A stretch of DNA of 64,000 nucleotides from Actinomycetes bacterium (GTDB lineage Bacteria > Actinomycetota > Humimicrobiia > Humimicrobiales > Humimicrobiaceae), in contig JAIOXO010000003.1 in assembly GCA_022396035.1 (NCBI GenBank), forward strand, positions 22,927 to 86,926. Reading direction: 5' to 3'. The notes under the pieces were generated by a model. It saw nothing but the letters and a program-made list of their open reading frames with translations, had not been told where the DNA came from and ran no database searches. Positions 1 to 9,811 of this stretch are shown here, piece by piece (position 1 is the stretch's first letter; each line of letters opens with the position of its first letter). A program made the position numbers and the translations under genes.

Positions 1-870
1 AAATCCGCTCATAAAGGCCGCTGACATAATAACCTAACACCATGTCCCATAGAGAAAACTGCTGTCTGCCGGTTATTACCGGCTCCCCTTCTATACCTCC
101 CAGGCTGGCAGCTGTGTCTATGGCATCCTTGTAATTTCCCAGCTGGTCTATGAGACCCAGATCTAAAGCTTCGGTTCCTATATAGGTCCAGCCGGTAGCC
201 AGCTGCCTGACCTCCTCTGTCTCCATGCCCCTGCTTTCTGCCACATCCTGTATAAACTGGTTATAAATTTGTTTGGTCTGCTGTTCTAAAAGCTGTTTCT
301 CCTCTGCAGTCATATCCCTGCTGGAACTGCCGATATCCTTATACTTTCCCTGCTTGATAGTGGTATATTCTACCCCCAGCTTATCATAGAGCCCTTCCAG
401 GTTGGCTACCTGCAGAATCACTCCGATACTTCCCACCGACGAAGAACGGTTAGCCACAATATGGTCGGCTGCGCAGGCAATGTAATAAGCGCCAGAAGCG
501 CAGGTATCGGCAACCGATACTACTACCGGCTTGGAAGCCCGCTTTATTTCTTCATAGATTTCCTGGGAAGCGGCGGGGCTGCCCCCGGGACTGTTGATCC
601 TTAACAGTATAGCCCTGATAGCCCTGTCTCTCTCCGCTGCCTCCAGCTGGGATATTATCTGTTCGGGAGTAGTGGTCTGCCCGCTTAGCAGGCTGGCCTG
701 GGAGGTAGCGGATATAACCCCGTCTATCCTGATCTGGTATATATTTGCCCCTCCGCTATAGCCTGATGAAAAACTTGAAGACAATAATCCCAGGATAAAG
801 CAGCCGCCACAAAAAAGAAACAGAACCAGAAGACTGCCAATAACTATGCCCGCTATTTTACCTGTACTCA
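1..870 (-). CDS. sppA: Signal peptide peptidase SppA (36K type). The N-terminus is in the window and the C-terminus runs off the window start.
   Basis: Reverse-strand translation from the ATG at 870 gives MAKMSTGKIAGIVIGSLLVLFLF...IRIDGVISAT...SPGGSPAAS...VVSVADTCASGAYYIA, a typical S49 peptidase. The ORF is open to position 1. Confidence 0.7.
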
Positions 871-943
871 TCTTTGCCATAATATTTTAATCCCTATCAA
901 ATTAAATTTATTTTAACAAATTATCTAATAATTATCTTCTCCG

Positions 944-967
944 GCTAAAACTTCCCTGCTGGAAGTT
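944..967 (-). terminator. Putative intrinsic terminator downstream of thrB
   Basis: On the minus strand, a 7-bp stem AACTTCC / GGAAGTT (949-955 / 961-967) with a 5-nt loop is followed by UUUUAG (948-944). Confidence 0.4.
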
Positions 968-1006
968 TCTTTAACCCCTGCACTGCCTAAATATTGCCCC
1001 CGGTAA

Positions 1007-1891
1007 TCAATAGTACATACTGCCATTAAAATCTATGCTGGTCCGGATTAGGTTAAAGCCCTCAAATTCCAGGCCTTCTGCCAACCGGATGTTCCGGTGA
1101 AAAAAGGCAACTACCGACGGCCCCGAACCGCTTATGGCAGCAGGAATACCATAATCATCAAGGAGCCGGTTAACCAGCTCCATGGAGCGGGGATAAATGC
1201 CTGAACGGTAAGGCTGGTGAATCCTGTCTTTGATAAAAATTGCAGCCCGCTCCAGATCCCCTTTCTTGAGAGCTTCGGTTAACAGGCAGAAATTGGCAAT
1301 ATTGTCAGTAGCATCAGCTACCGGAATTTTTTGCGGTATAAGGTGCCTGGCTTTTTCGGTTACTACCCCGGACCGGGGTACAAACAAAAGAATTTCAAGC
1401 TGGGGGCATACAGCAACCTTCTGGTAATGATACCGGCCCTTATCCCGGTAACAAACCACCATCCCTCCCCCCAGAGCTGCTGCCACATTATCAGGATGAT
1501 GTTCCAGGGCCTGGGCTATATCCAGCCTGCTGCCGGCATCCAGTCCCAGGCGGTATGCCCGGTCCGTTATCATTATTGCCCCCACTATCTCAGCAGCGCT
1601 GCTCCCCAACCCTGCACCGGGGATAATATCCTGCTCAAAATCTATTGCCAGCCCCTTCTCCAGACTATGGCCGCATGTTTTGAGGGTATGCTTTATGGCT
1701 TTAACCATCAGGCTGCCTTCAACAGCAGCTGGCTGGCCCCGCCTTAAATCTCTCACTTCAAATCCAGCCTTAAAACCAGCAACCCGGTACCGGTTAAAAA
1801 TGTTTAAAGCTATAGCCGCCCGGTCAAAACCCGGCCCCAGATTGGCAGAGCTGGCGCAGGCCCTAACCGAAAACAGATACTTTTTATTCAT
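1007..1891 (-). CDS. thrB: Homoserine kinase
   Basis: 294 aa. GHMP-kinase motif PGAGLGSSAA. Terminal gene of the hom-thrC...thrB cluster. Confidence 0.85.
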   Translation of the reverse strand: MNKKYLFSVRACASSANLGPGFDRAAIALNIFNRYRVAGFKAGFEVRDLRRGQPAAVEGSLMVKAIKHTLKTCGHSLEKGLAIDFEQDIIPGAGLGSSAAEIVGAIMITDRAYRLGLDAGSRLDIAQALEHHPDNVAAALGGGMVVCYRDKGRYHYQKVAVCPQLEILLFVPRSGVVTEKARHLIPQKIPVADATDNIANFCLLTEALKKGDLERAAIFIKDRIHQPYRSGIYPRSMELVNRLLDDYGIPAAISGSGPSVVAFFHRNIRLAEGLEFEGFNLIRTSIDFNGSMYY

Positions 1892-3101
1892 TTTTTTTAC
1901 CTATAAGTAAATCCATAAGCTTATGGCCTTCATCTATATGCATGCCGTATTCGGCAGGCCAAAATTCATCATAGGAAGCGCCGGATTCACCTGTTTTTTC
2001 CTGATGGTTATATATCAGGAAAGGAACCGGCTCGGCGGTATGGGTCCGCAAAGCTATGGGTGTGGGATGATCGGGTAAAACCATAATCTTGAAATCTTTC
2101 CTGCTTGAATCAAGCCAGCTGTAAATCGGCCCTATCACCCGCTCATCTATTCGTTCTATAGCTTCTATCTTGCCCTGGAAGTCTCCCTGGTGCCCGCATT
2201 CATCCGGAGCTTCGATATGTACATATACAAAATCGGTTTTTTTAAGCTGGTCTACGGCTGCCTTGGCCTTGCCTTCAAAATTGGTATGTAAATTGCCGGT
2301 GGCTCCCTGAACCTCTACCGGCTCAAGCCCGGCACATATTCCTATTCCCTTAACCAAATCCACCGCAGATATAACTGCGCCCTGCAACCCGTATTTGTCA
2401 TAAAAAGAATCCAGCCTGGGTTTTGTGCCTTGTCCCCATATCCAGATAGAATTAGCCGGCTTCTTGCCTTCAGACTGCCTGGCCATATTTATAGGATGGC
2501 TGCTTAAAAATTCTACACTCTTTTCCATCATGGATAGGACCAGGTCCGCTGACTGGCCCCGGGGCAAATAACCGGTCACTTCCTTTCCCAGTATATCATG
2601 GGGAGGAGTGCACTCTATATCCACCGGCCCCTGGTCCCACACTATTATATGCCGGTAGCTAACCCCCGGATAAAGCCTGATGCCGTCGCTTTCCAGCTCT
2701 GCAGCCAGGTCAGCTATAAGTTTTCTGGATTCCGCGGTAGTTATTTCTCCTGCGCTGTGATCTATCATCTGCCTTTTAGAATAACTTTCTGCCTGGCCCA
2801 ATGTAACCAGATTACAGCGGAAAGTAATTTGGTCCTGGCCCAGGTCTATACCCATGCTGGCTGCTTCCAGGGGGGATCTTCCGGTATGGTAAACTAAAGG
2901 ATCATAGCCCATTACCGAAAGGTTGGCAATATCGCTGCCGGGAGCCTTACCCCGGGGTACCGTCCGAACCATGCCCAGCAGGCTCCTCTTGGCCAGATAA
3001 TCAATATTAACCTTTCTGGCTGCCTGCAGACAGGTTTTACCCTGCAGCTGCTTTAAGGGATAACCGGCGGCTCCATCCATCAATATGACTGCATATTTCA
3101 T
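1884..3101 (-). CDS. Cofactor-independent phosphoglycerate mutase-like protein (archaeal ApgM family) embedded in the threonine operon
   Basis: 405 aa. Shows the metalloenzyme / alkaline-phosphatase-superfamily PGM-like pattern. Overlaps thrB by 8 nt and abuts thrC. Confidence 0.65.
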   Translation of the reverse strand: MKYAVILMDGAAGYPLKQLQGKTCLQAARKVNIDYLAKRSLLGMVRTVPRGKAPGSDIANLSVMGYDPLVYHTGRSPLEAASMGIDLGQDQITFRCNLVTLGQAESYSKRQMIDHSAGEITTAESRKLIADLAAELESDGIRLYPGVSYRHIIVWDQGPVDIECTPPHDILGKEVTGYLPRGQSADLVLSMMEKSVEFLSSHPINMARQSEGKKPANSIWIWGQGTKPRLDSFYDKYGLQGAVISAVDLVKGIGICAGLEPVEVQGATGNLHTNFEGKAKAAVDQLKKTDFVYVHIEAPDECGHQGDFQGKIEAIERIDERVIGPIYSWLDSSRKDFKIMVLPDHPTPIALRTHTAEPVPFLIYNHQEKTGESGASYDEFWPAEYGMHIDEGHKLMDLLIGKKNE

Positions 3102-4600
3102 TATCCACCCTCAATACCCAGCAGCTTTGAAATCTGTTGCTTTATCTGGTCTCTGCTGCAAACCTGTTTATGCCTTATGGGCAGCTGGCCCAGCTGTTTC
3201 AAGCTTTCAGGCACAGGTACCCCGGTAACTTCCGACAGTCTGCCAATAAGCTCCAGCTCATCGGCAGCTTCCGCTTTTTCTCCAATAGCTTCAAGCACCG
3301 CTGCCGGGAACTTGAAAGGGCTGGCAGTAGATACAATAACATTCTTTCTTCGGTCCCCGCCCCTGGCCATATATTTCAGGCATACATCAAAACCTACTGC
3401 AGTATGGGTATCTATAAGGTAACCCAGATTATTATAGGCCCTGGCGATAGCCTGCCTGGTTTCTTCTTCGGTAGCAAAACCGGGATAAAAATCAGAAAGC
3501 CCCTCTTTCATCTTTGCGGTTATGGTATAGCTTCCGCTTTTACCCAGGCTGTCCATAAGCCCTGCCACCAGCCTGTAGTCGGCTACGCTTATATGGTAAA
3601 GGAGCCTTTCCAGATTACTGGAAACCAGTATGTCCATGGAAGGAGAAGAGGTAAGCATAAGCTTACGGTTACTGTCATAGGTACCGGTATTTATAAAATC
3701 ATAGAGTACATTATTTATATTGGAAGCACATATGAGCCTGCCTATGGGCACCCCTGACCTTCTGGCATAATAGGCAGCCAGTATATTGCCAAAATTTCCG
3801 GTGGGAACACATACATTAAAGTCTTCTTCCGGTCCGATATCACCATTGGTTAGCAGTTTCAGGTAAGAGTAAAGGTAATAAACCACCTGGGGAATAAGCC
3901 TGCCGATATTAATGGAATTGGCAGAAGAAAAAGAAAAACCGTTCTGGCAGGCCAGCTTGCTGAATCCAGCATCACTAAAAACCTCTTTTACTCCCCTCTG
4001 GGCATCATCAAAATTGCCCTGGATAGCCACCACATGGGTATTGGACCCCTTCTGGGTTATCATCTGCAGCTCCTGGATTCTGCTAACCCCGCTACGGGGA
4101 TAAAAAACAATGATCCTGGTCCCCGGAACATCTGCAAACCCTTCCAAAGCAGCCTTTCCAGTATCCCCGGAAGTAGCGGTAAGGATAACCATTTCTTCTT
4201 TTCTGCCCTGTTTGTCCCGGGCCAGTTTAACCAGGTGGGGCAACACTGAAAGAGCCATATCCTTGAAAGCCAGGGTGGGGCCGTGGAACAGTTCCAGGAA
4301 ATAATAATCTCCCTTTTTTACCAGTGGGGCAAAATCAGGATGGTCAAATTTTTCATCATAGGCAGCTTCTGTCACCGACTCAATTTCAGCAGTACTGAAA
4401 TCACTGAAAAAGGCACCCATAACCTCAGCGGCCACCTGGCGGTAATCAAGTTTGGCCAGACGGTTAAGGCTGCCCGTAAACCGGGGAAAGCGGTCAGGCA
4501 CATACAGGCCCCCGTCTGGAGCAATACCCCTTAGTATGGCCTGGATACAGCTAACCGGCTCTCCGCCCCGGGTACTCCTGTAGCCAATACCCTTTTTCAT
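3101..4600 (-). CDS. thrC: Threonine synthase
   Basis: 499 aa. PLP-lysine motif FHGPTLAFKDMAL. Long-form ThrC. Confidence 0.9.
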   Translation of the reverse strand: MKKGIGYRSTRGGEPVSCIQAILRGIAPDGGLYVPDRFPRFTGSLNRLAKLDYRQVAAEVMGAFFSDFSTAEIESVTEAAYDEKFDHPDFAPLVKKGDYYFLELFHGPTLAFKDMALSVLPHLVKLARDKQGRKEEMVILTATSGDTGKAALEGFADVPGTRIIVFYPRSGVSRIQELQMITQKGSNTHVVAIQGNFDDAQRGVKEVFSDAGFSKLACQNGFSFSSANSINIGRLIPQVVYYLYSYLKLLTNGDIGPEEDFNVCVPTGNFGNILAAYYARRSGVPIGRLICASNINNVLYDFINTGTYDSNRKLMLTSSPSMDILVSSNLERLLYHISVADYRLVAGLMDSLGKSGSYTITAKMKEGLSDFYPGFATEEETRQAIARAYNNLGYLIDTHTAVGFDVCLKYMARGGDRRKNVIVSTASPFKFPAAVLEAIGEKAEAADELELIGRLSEVTGVPVPESLKQLGQLPIRHKQVCSRDQIKQQISKLLGIEGG

Positions 4601-5916
4601 CAGCTTAGATCCTCTACCCTGATTACATTTAATACCTTATTCACCACATCCAGGTTGGACACCTGGCTTATGGACTTATAAAGGTTTTTGTTTAACACTT
4701 CATGGGTAATAAATATAAGCCGGGCGGTATGCTGCTTATCCGACTGCTTCTGTATCATGGATTTAATGCTTACCGAATTATCCCCGAACACCCGGGCGAT
4801 CTTGGCCAGCACGCCAGGCCTGTCCTCTACATCAACCAGCAGATAAAACTTGCTGATATCATCATCAATAGGCTTTATCTTCTTCTCTTCAAAACAGCTG
4901 CAGCCATAAATCGGGCCTTTATTTTCCCGGTCCAGGTTTCGGGCTATCTTTATAATATCCCCCACTACCGAGCTGGCAGTAGGCCTGTCACCAGCGCCTC
5001 TTCCATAGCTCATTATCTCCCCCACATAATTGCCGTACACATATACCGCATTATAGGTATCTTCTATGGAGGCCAGTATATGGTTTGCCGGAATCAATGC
5101 CGGGTGCACCTTGGCGCTTATCCTGCCCTCTTTTTCTTCACCTATGGCCAGCAGCTTTATCCTGTAGCCCATTTCCTCCGCGTTCCGTATATCATCTATG
5201 GTGATGGAAGTAATTCCTTCCCGGTAGACATCATCCATAACTACCCTGGAATTAAAGGCTATTGAAGACAGGATAGCCAGCTTGCAGGCTGCATCGTAAC
5301 CCTCTATATCCGCAGAGGGATTGGCCTTTTCAGCATAACCCAGGTCCTGGGCCATCTTCAGAGCATCGGCAAAAGACAGGCCCTCCTTCTCCATCCTGGT
5401 GAGTATATAATTGGTGGTTCCGTTTACCACCCCCACAATCTTGTGGATATTATTGGAAGCAAGGGAAGATTTCATGGGCCCGATAATAGGTATTCCGCCA
5501 CCAACACTGGCTTCAAACAGTATATCCACATTAGAGGACTGGGCCATCTCATAAAGTTTCTTTCCCTTATTGGCAATCAAATCCTTGTTGGCGGTTACCA
5601 CATATTTTCCCCCGCTAAGGGCCTTGGAAACAAAATCATAGGCAGGCACAATGCCCCCTATCAGCTCCACCACGATATCAATACTGTCATCCTGCAGTAT
5701 ATCATTGGCATCGGTGGAAACCTTGACCGAAGATAAGCCGGGGATATCCTTAAGCTTATTTCTGTCCTTTTCTGCTATCCGTACTACATTCAGCCTTTTG
5801 CCAATTTTTTTAGCTATATATTCAGCCTGGTTGGTTATCAGTGAATAAACCCCGCTGGCAATGTAGCCAAAACCTATCATTCCTATATTAACCGGCTGCC
5901 AATCATTATTTTTCAT
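4600..5916 (-). CDS. hom: Homoserine dehydrogenase with C-terminal ACT domain
   Basis: 438 aa. N-terminal NAD-binding GxGxxG (IGMIGFGYIASG). C-terminal ACT-like tail. Confidence 0.9.
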   Translation of the reverse strand: MKNNDWQPVNIGMIGFGYIASGVYSLITNQAEYIAKKIGKRLNVVRIAEKDRNKLKDIPGLSSVKVSTDANDILQDDSIDIVVELIGGIVPAYDFVSKALSGGKYVVTANKDLIANKGKKLYEMAQSSNVDILFEASVGGGIPIIGPMKSSLASNNIHKIVGVVNGTTNYILTRMEKEGLSFADALKMAQDLGYAEKANPSADIEGYDAACKLAILSSIAFNSRVVMDDVYREGITSITIDDIRNAEEMGYRIKLLAIGEEKEGRISAKVHPALIPANHILASIEDTYNAVYVYGNYVGEIMSYGRGAGDRPTASSVVGDIIKIARNLDRENKGPIYGCSCFEEKKIKPIDDDISKFYLLVDVEDRPGVLAKIARVFGDNSVSIKSMIQKQSDKQHTARLIFITHEVLNKNLYKSISQVSNLDVVNKVLNVIRVEDLS

Positions 5917-7219
5917 AAAGCTCCTTATTATGTGCTACCAAATCCTGGTAAGACTGCCTTTCAATCCAGGGCCAGCTCTGGCCGTCTTCTACCGCCACCA
6001 CCGCACTTTTGGTCTGTCCGTTGTAATTGCTGGCCATAGAATAACAATATGCACCGGTGGCTGTAATTGCAATTAAATCACCTTTATTTATAATTGGCAA
6101 ATCAATGCCTTCTATCAGTATATCACCGCTCTCGCAGTGTTTGCCCACTATGGTATAGGTAGCGGAAGGAAACCTGTCGTTCATCCGTTCTGCCAGGAAA
6201 GCATCATATCTGGCCTGGTAGAGAATGGGCCTTATATTATCCGACATCCCCCCGTCAACCGAGATATAGTTCTTTACATGGGGAATATGCTTAATAGTTC
6301 CCGCCTCATACAGGGTAATCCCGGCATTGCCCACTATGGATCTCCCCGGTTCCAGATATATTTTCTTCAATTTTACCCCATGTCTGGCTCCATACCTGCT
6401 TACTGCATTATGCACCAAATCGGCAAATTCGCTTATTGCCGGAGGCTTGTCCTGACGGGTGTAGCTTATTCCCAGGCCTCCCCCGATATTTAACTCTGCT
6501 ATACCGGCACCCATAGTGGTGTTTACAGAATGTATAAACTTAAGCATTACATCTATAAGCTTTTCATAGCTGGATAGATTAAAGATCTGGGATCCGATAT
6601 GGCTGTGCAATCCTACCAGATTAAGGCTGCCGTACTCCAGAGCCTTCTTAACCGCCTGGCTGGCAATAGACTTATGGATGCCAAAACCAAACTTGGATTC
6701 AATTTTTCCGGTCTGAATATATTCATGGGTAGAGGCTTTGATGCCCGGAGTTATCCTTAAGAAGATATCCTGTTTTTTCTGCTGTTTATCGGCCAGACTG
6801 GCCAGCTGCTCCAGTTCATCCAGGTTATCTACTACAAACGTCCCCACATTACTTTCCAGCCCGTACTGTATCTCCTGCAAAGATTTGTTATTACCGTGAA
6901 AATAAATCCTGGCCGGATCAAAACCGCTTTCCAGAGCTACAAAAAGCTCTCCTCCCGTAGACACATCAATGCTGAGTCCCTGTTCAGCTATAAGCTGGCA
7001 TATGGCAATACTGCTAAAAGCCTTGGAAGCATAAATAATCTCTGACTCCAAGTCATCAAAATCAAAGCTGGACCTGTACTGAGAACATTGCTCCTTTATA
7101 GTAGCCACATCCATAATATAGACAGGGGTGCCATATTTTTCCTGCAGGCTTTTTGCGCTGCAGCCTGCTATATGCAGCATTCCTGTATCATCTACAGTAC
7201 TGGTTATAGGTAACAACAT
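5906..7219 (-). CDS. lysA: Diaminopimelate decarboxylase
   Basis: 437 aa. Fold-type III PLP decarboxylase pattern. Overlaps the hom start by 11 nt. Confidence 0.9.
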   Translation of the reverse strand: MLLPITSTVDDTGMLHIAGCSAKSLQEKYGTPVYIMDVATIKEQCSQYRSSFDFDDLESEIIYASKAFSSIAICQLIAEQGLSIDVSTGGELFVALESGFDPARIYFHGNNKSLQEIQYGLESNVGTFVVDNLDELEQLASLADKQQKKQDIFLRITPGIKASTHEYIQTGKIESKFGFGIHKSIASQAVKKALEYGSLNLVGLHSHIGSQIFNLSSYEKLIDVMLKFIHSVNTTMGAGIAELNIGGGLGISYTRQDKPPAISEFADLVHNAVSRYGARHGVKLKKIYLEPGRSIVGNAGITLYEAGTIKHIPHVKNYISVDGGMSDNIRPILYQARYDAFLAERMNDRFPSATYTIVGKHCESGDILIEGIDLPIINKGDLIAITATGAYCYSMASNYNGQTKSAVVAVEDGQSWPWIERQSYQDLVAHNKELYEK

Positions 7220-7243
7220 AAAATACCGCCCTTGTTTAAATTA

Positions 7244-8881
7244 TTACATTTTAGATGGCGCGCTGATGCCCAGCATATCCAGTCCATTTACCAGTACCTG
7301 CTTGGTTAAAAGCACCAGTGCCAGCCTCCGGGTATTAATCTTTTCACCCTCCATAATCCGGTAATGGTTATAAAAGTAGTGAAAATCGGAAGCCAGACCA
7401 TAAAGGTACTGGGTTAGAAAATAAGGGGCATTATTTACGCACCCGTTATATACTTCATCCGGAAAAAATATCAGTTTTTTGGCAATTTCCCTCTCGGTTT
7501 CCGAGCTGAAATCAATCATACCGCTGTCTATATCTTCCATTGACAGCTCCCTGCCTACCTTATCCAGTATGCTTTCTATCCTGGCATGGGCATACTGCAC
7601 ATAAAAAACCGGATTCTGATTGGATTTCTGCTTGGCCAGATCTATATCAAAATCCATAGGGGTATCAAATGAATTGGCAGCAAAAAAGTACCTCACCGCA
7701 TCCCTGCCCACTTCATCTATAAGGTCGGAAAGGGTATAAACCTTGCCCTTGCGCCTGGACATCTTAACCGGTTTTCCGCTCTTAACCAATCTTACCAGCT
7801 GCCCGATAATGATATTGAGCTCTGCCTTCTGTAGCCCCAGCGCCCGGGCTGTAGCCTTCAGCCGGTCCACATATCCATGATGATCGGCTCCCAGTATATA
7901 GAATAAACGGTCAAACCCGCGTTCCGCCTTGTTCATAAGGTACATGATATCCGAAGCAAAATAGGTGGGCTGCCCTTCCTTCCTCACAATGACCCGGTCC
8001 TTTTCATCGCCATAGTCGCTGGACCTGAACCACAATGCGCCCTCGCTGCTGTAAGCCAGATCTTTTTTTTCTAATTTATCTATAACCTTCTCAAAATTTT
8101 TGTCCTGGTACAGACTGCTTTCCTTAAACCATACATCAAAATCTACCCCCATGCTGGAAAGAGTATCCCTGATGGCGCCCACCATGGCATCCACCGCCGA
8201 CTTTTCCAGGTCTTTAATATCTTCCAGAAACCGGCTTCCCTGCTTCTCAATAATGGATTCTACCACCCTGAGTACCGCCTCGCGGGGATAACCATCTTCA
8301 GGATAAACACACTCCTGCCCAAAATGGCTGCGGTACAGACTGACTGCACACTGCCCAAATTTCTGTATCTGGGTACCATAATCATTTACATAGTATTCCC
8401 TGGTTACCTGGTATCCGTTAGCTGCATAGAGCCGGGCCAGCACATCCCCCAGAACCCCCCACCTGCCGTGGCCGATGTGAAGGTTCCCGGTAGGGTTGGA
8501 GCTTACATATTCAATATTTACCTTTACCGAATCTCCCTCCCGGTTTCGTCCATAATCGCCGGTCAGCCTGCCGATATCTGCCAGCCTGGATTTTATAAAC
8601 TCATCCTTAAGCCTGAAATTTATAAAGCCCGGCTTGACCACCTCCATATTTTCTGCCTGTTCCCATACCGGCTCCAGCTGTTCAATCATCTGATCGGCTA
8701 TAAGCATCGGGTTTTTTCTTAAAGGTTTGGCCAGCACCATGGCTGCATTGGTAAACAGGTCCCCGAATTTTCTATTCTTGGGAACACCTATGGTTACCGA
8801 ATCCAGTACCTCTTCGGTGCCTTCAGCTTCCATTTGTCCTATATAACGGGAAAGCCGTGAGGACAAATCCTTTATAATCAA
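7244..8881 (-). CDS. argS: Arginine--tRNA ligase
   Basis: 545 aa. Class-I HIGH motif (SSNPTGNLHIGHGR). C-terminal anticodon-binding DALR region. Confidence 0.9.
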   Translation of the reverse strand: MIIKDLSSRLSRYIGQMEAEGTEEVLDSVTIGVPKNRKFGDLFTNAAMVLAKPLRKNPMLIADQMIEQLEPVWEQAENMEVVKPGFINFRLKDEFIKSRLADIGRLTGDYGRNREGDSVKVNIEYVSSNPTGNLHIGHGRWGVLGDVLARLYAANGYQVTREYYVNDYGTQIQKFGQCAVSLYRSHFGQECVYPEDGYPREAVLRVVESIIEKQGSRFLEDIKDLEKSAVDAMVGAIRDTLSSMGVDFDVWFKESSLYQDKNFEKVIDKLEKKDLAYSSEGALWFRSSDYGDEKDRVIVRKEGQPTYFASDIMYLMNKAERGFDRLFYILGADHHGYVDRLKATARALGLQKAELNIIIGQLVRLVKSGKPVKMSRRKGKVYTLSDLIDEVGRDAVRYFFAANSFDTPMDFDIDLAKQKSNQNPVFYVQYAHARIESILDKVGRELSMEDIDSGMIDFSSETEREIAKKLIFFPDEVYNGCVNNAPYFLTQYLYGLASDFHYFYNHYRIMEGEKINTRRLALVLLTKQVLVNGLDMLGISAPSKM

Positions 8882-8894
8882 TGCTTCTCCTTCC

Positions 8895-8970
8895 TGGAGC
8901 CGATGACCGGACTTGAACCGGTAGCCTGCTCATTACGAATGAGCTGCTCTGCCAATTGAGCTACATCGGC
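8895..8970 (-). tRNA. tRNA-Thr (anticodon CGU), with encoded CCA
   Basis: A hand-folded cloverleaf fits: acceptor GCCGATG/CATCGGC, D-arm GCTC-AATTGGCA-GAGC, anticodon arm GCTCA-TTCGTAA-TGAGC (U33, CGU at 34-36, A37), T-arm ACCGG-TTCAAGT-CCGGT, discriminator U, then CCA. The body is 73 nt. Confidence 0.8.
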
Positions 8971-8977
8971 AAATTGT

Positions 8978-9811
8978 TTAATCTTCAGTGCGGTCTCCGC
9001 TGTAAGGTGCTTTGCCTATAATCGTAATCTGGTCCAGGGGAACCGTTTTACGGTTATTATTATCCATCTCTACAATAACCGAGTCCTTCAGGGGCTCATA
9101 GCCACAGATGTAGCCTTCCTTCTGTTCCACCATTACCCTGGTTCCCCTCTCGGGAGCATTATCCATAAATTTTTCATAATCTTCATACTCGTATTTAAGG
9201 CAGCACATCAGCCTGCCGCAAATACCGGAAATCTTCAAGGGATTAAGGGGCAGGTTCTGGTCCTTGGCCATCTTGATGGATATGGAATCAAAATCGGACA
9301 GGAAACTCTTGCAGCAGAGTTTCCTTCCGCAGGGCCCCAGCCCCCCGATTATTTTGGCTTCATCCCTTACCCCGATCTGCCTTAGCTCTATACGCATCTT
9401 AAAGGTAGAGGCCAGTTCCTTTACCATATCCCTGAAATCCACCCTCTTCTCCGAGGTAAAATAGAAGATCATCTTGCTTTTATCAAACATCACGTGAACA
9501 TCCACCAGCTTCATGGGCAGTTTGTACTTGGAGGCCAGCTGCTCAAATTTTTTATTGCCTTCCGCCTCCTTGTTCTTATTTATTTCATCCACGGAAAGAT
9601 CGTAATGGGTGGCCTTCCTTATAACCTTGGTCAGGGGCTCGGGAAAGCCTTCCTCGTCTATATCCTGGGGAGGGCTGGCTACCTCTCCTATTTCTATGGA
9701 ATCATCAACATGGCAAATTACTTTATCCCCTACTTCCACACATATGCTGTTGCAGTCATAATAATGTATCCTGCCGTTTTCCCTAAATATTATGCCTATA
9801 CATGGCTTCAT
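8978..9811 (-). CDS. ricT: PSP1-domain protein (RicT/YaaT-like)
   Basis: 277 aa. Cys-rich PSP1 C-terminal region. Sits in the conserved tmk-holB-yaaT context. Confidence 0.75.
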   Translation of the reverse strand: MKPCIGIIFRENGRIHYYDCNSICVEVGDKVICHVDDSIEIGEVASPPQDIDEEGFPEPLTKVIRKATHYDLSVDEINKNKEAEGNKKFEQLASKYKLPMKLVDVHVMFDKSKMIFYFTSEKRVDFRDMVKELASTFKMRIELRQIGVRDEAKIIGGLGPCGRKLCCKSFLSDFDSISIKMAKDQNLPLNPLKISGICGRLMCCLKYEYEDYEKFMDNAPERGTRVMVEQKEGYICGYEPLKDSVIVEMDNNNRKTVPLDQITIIGKAPYSGDRTED

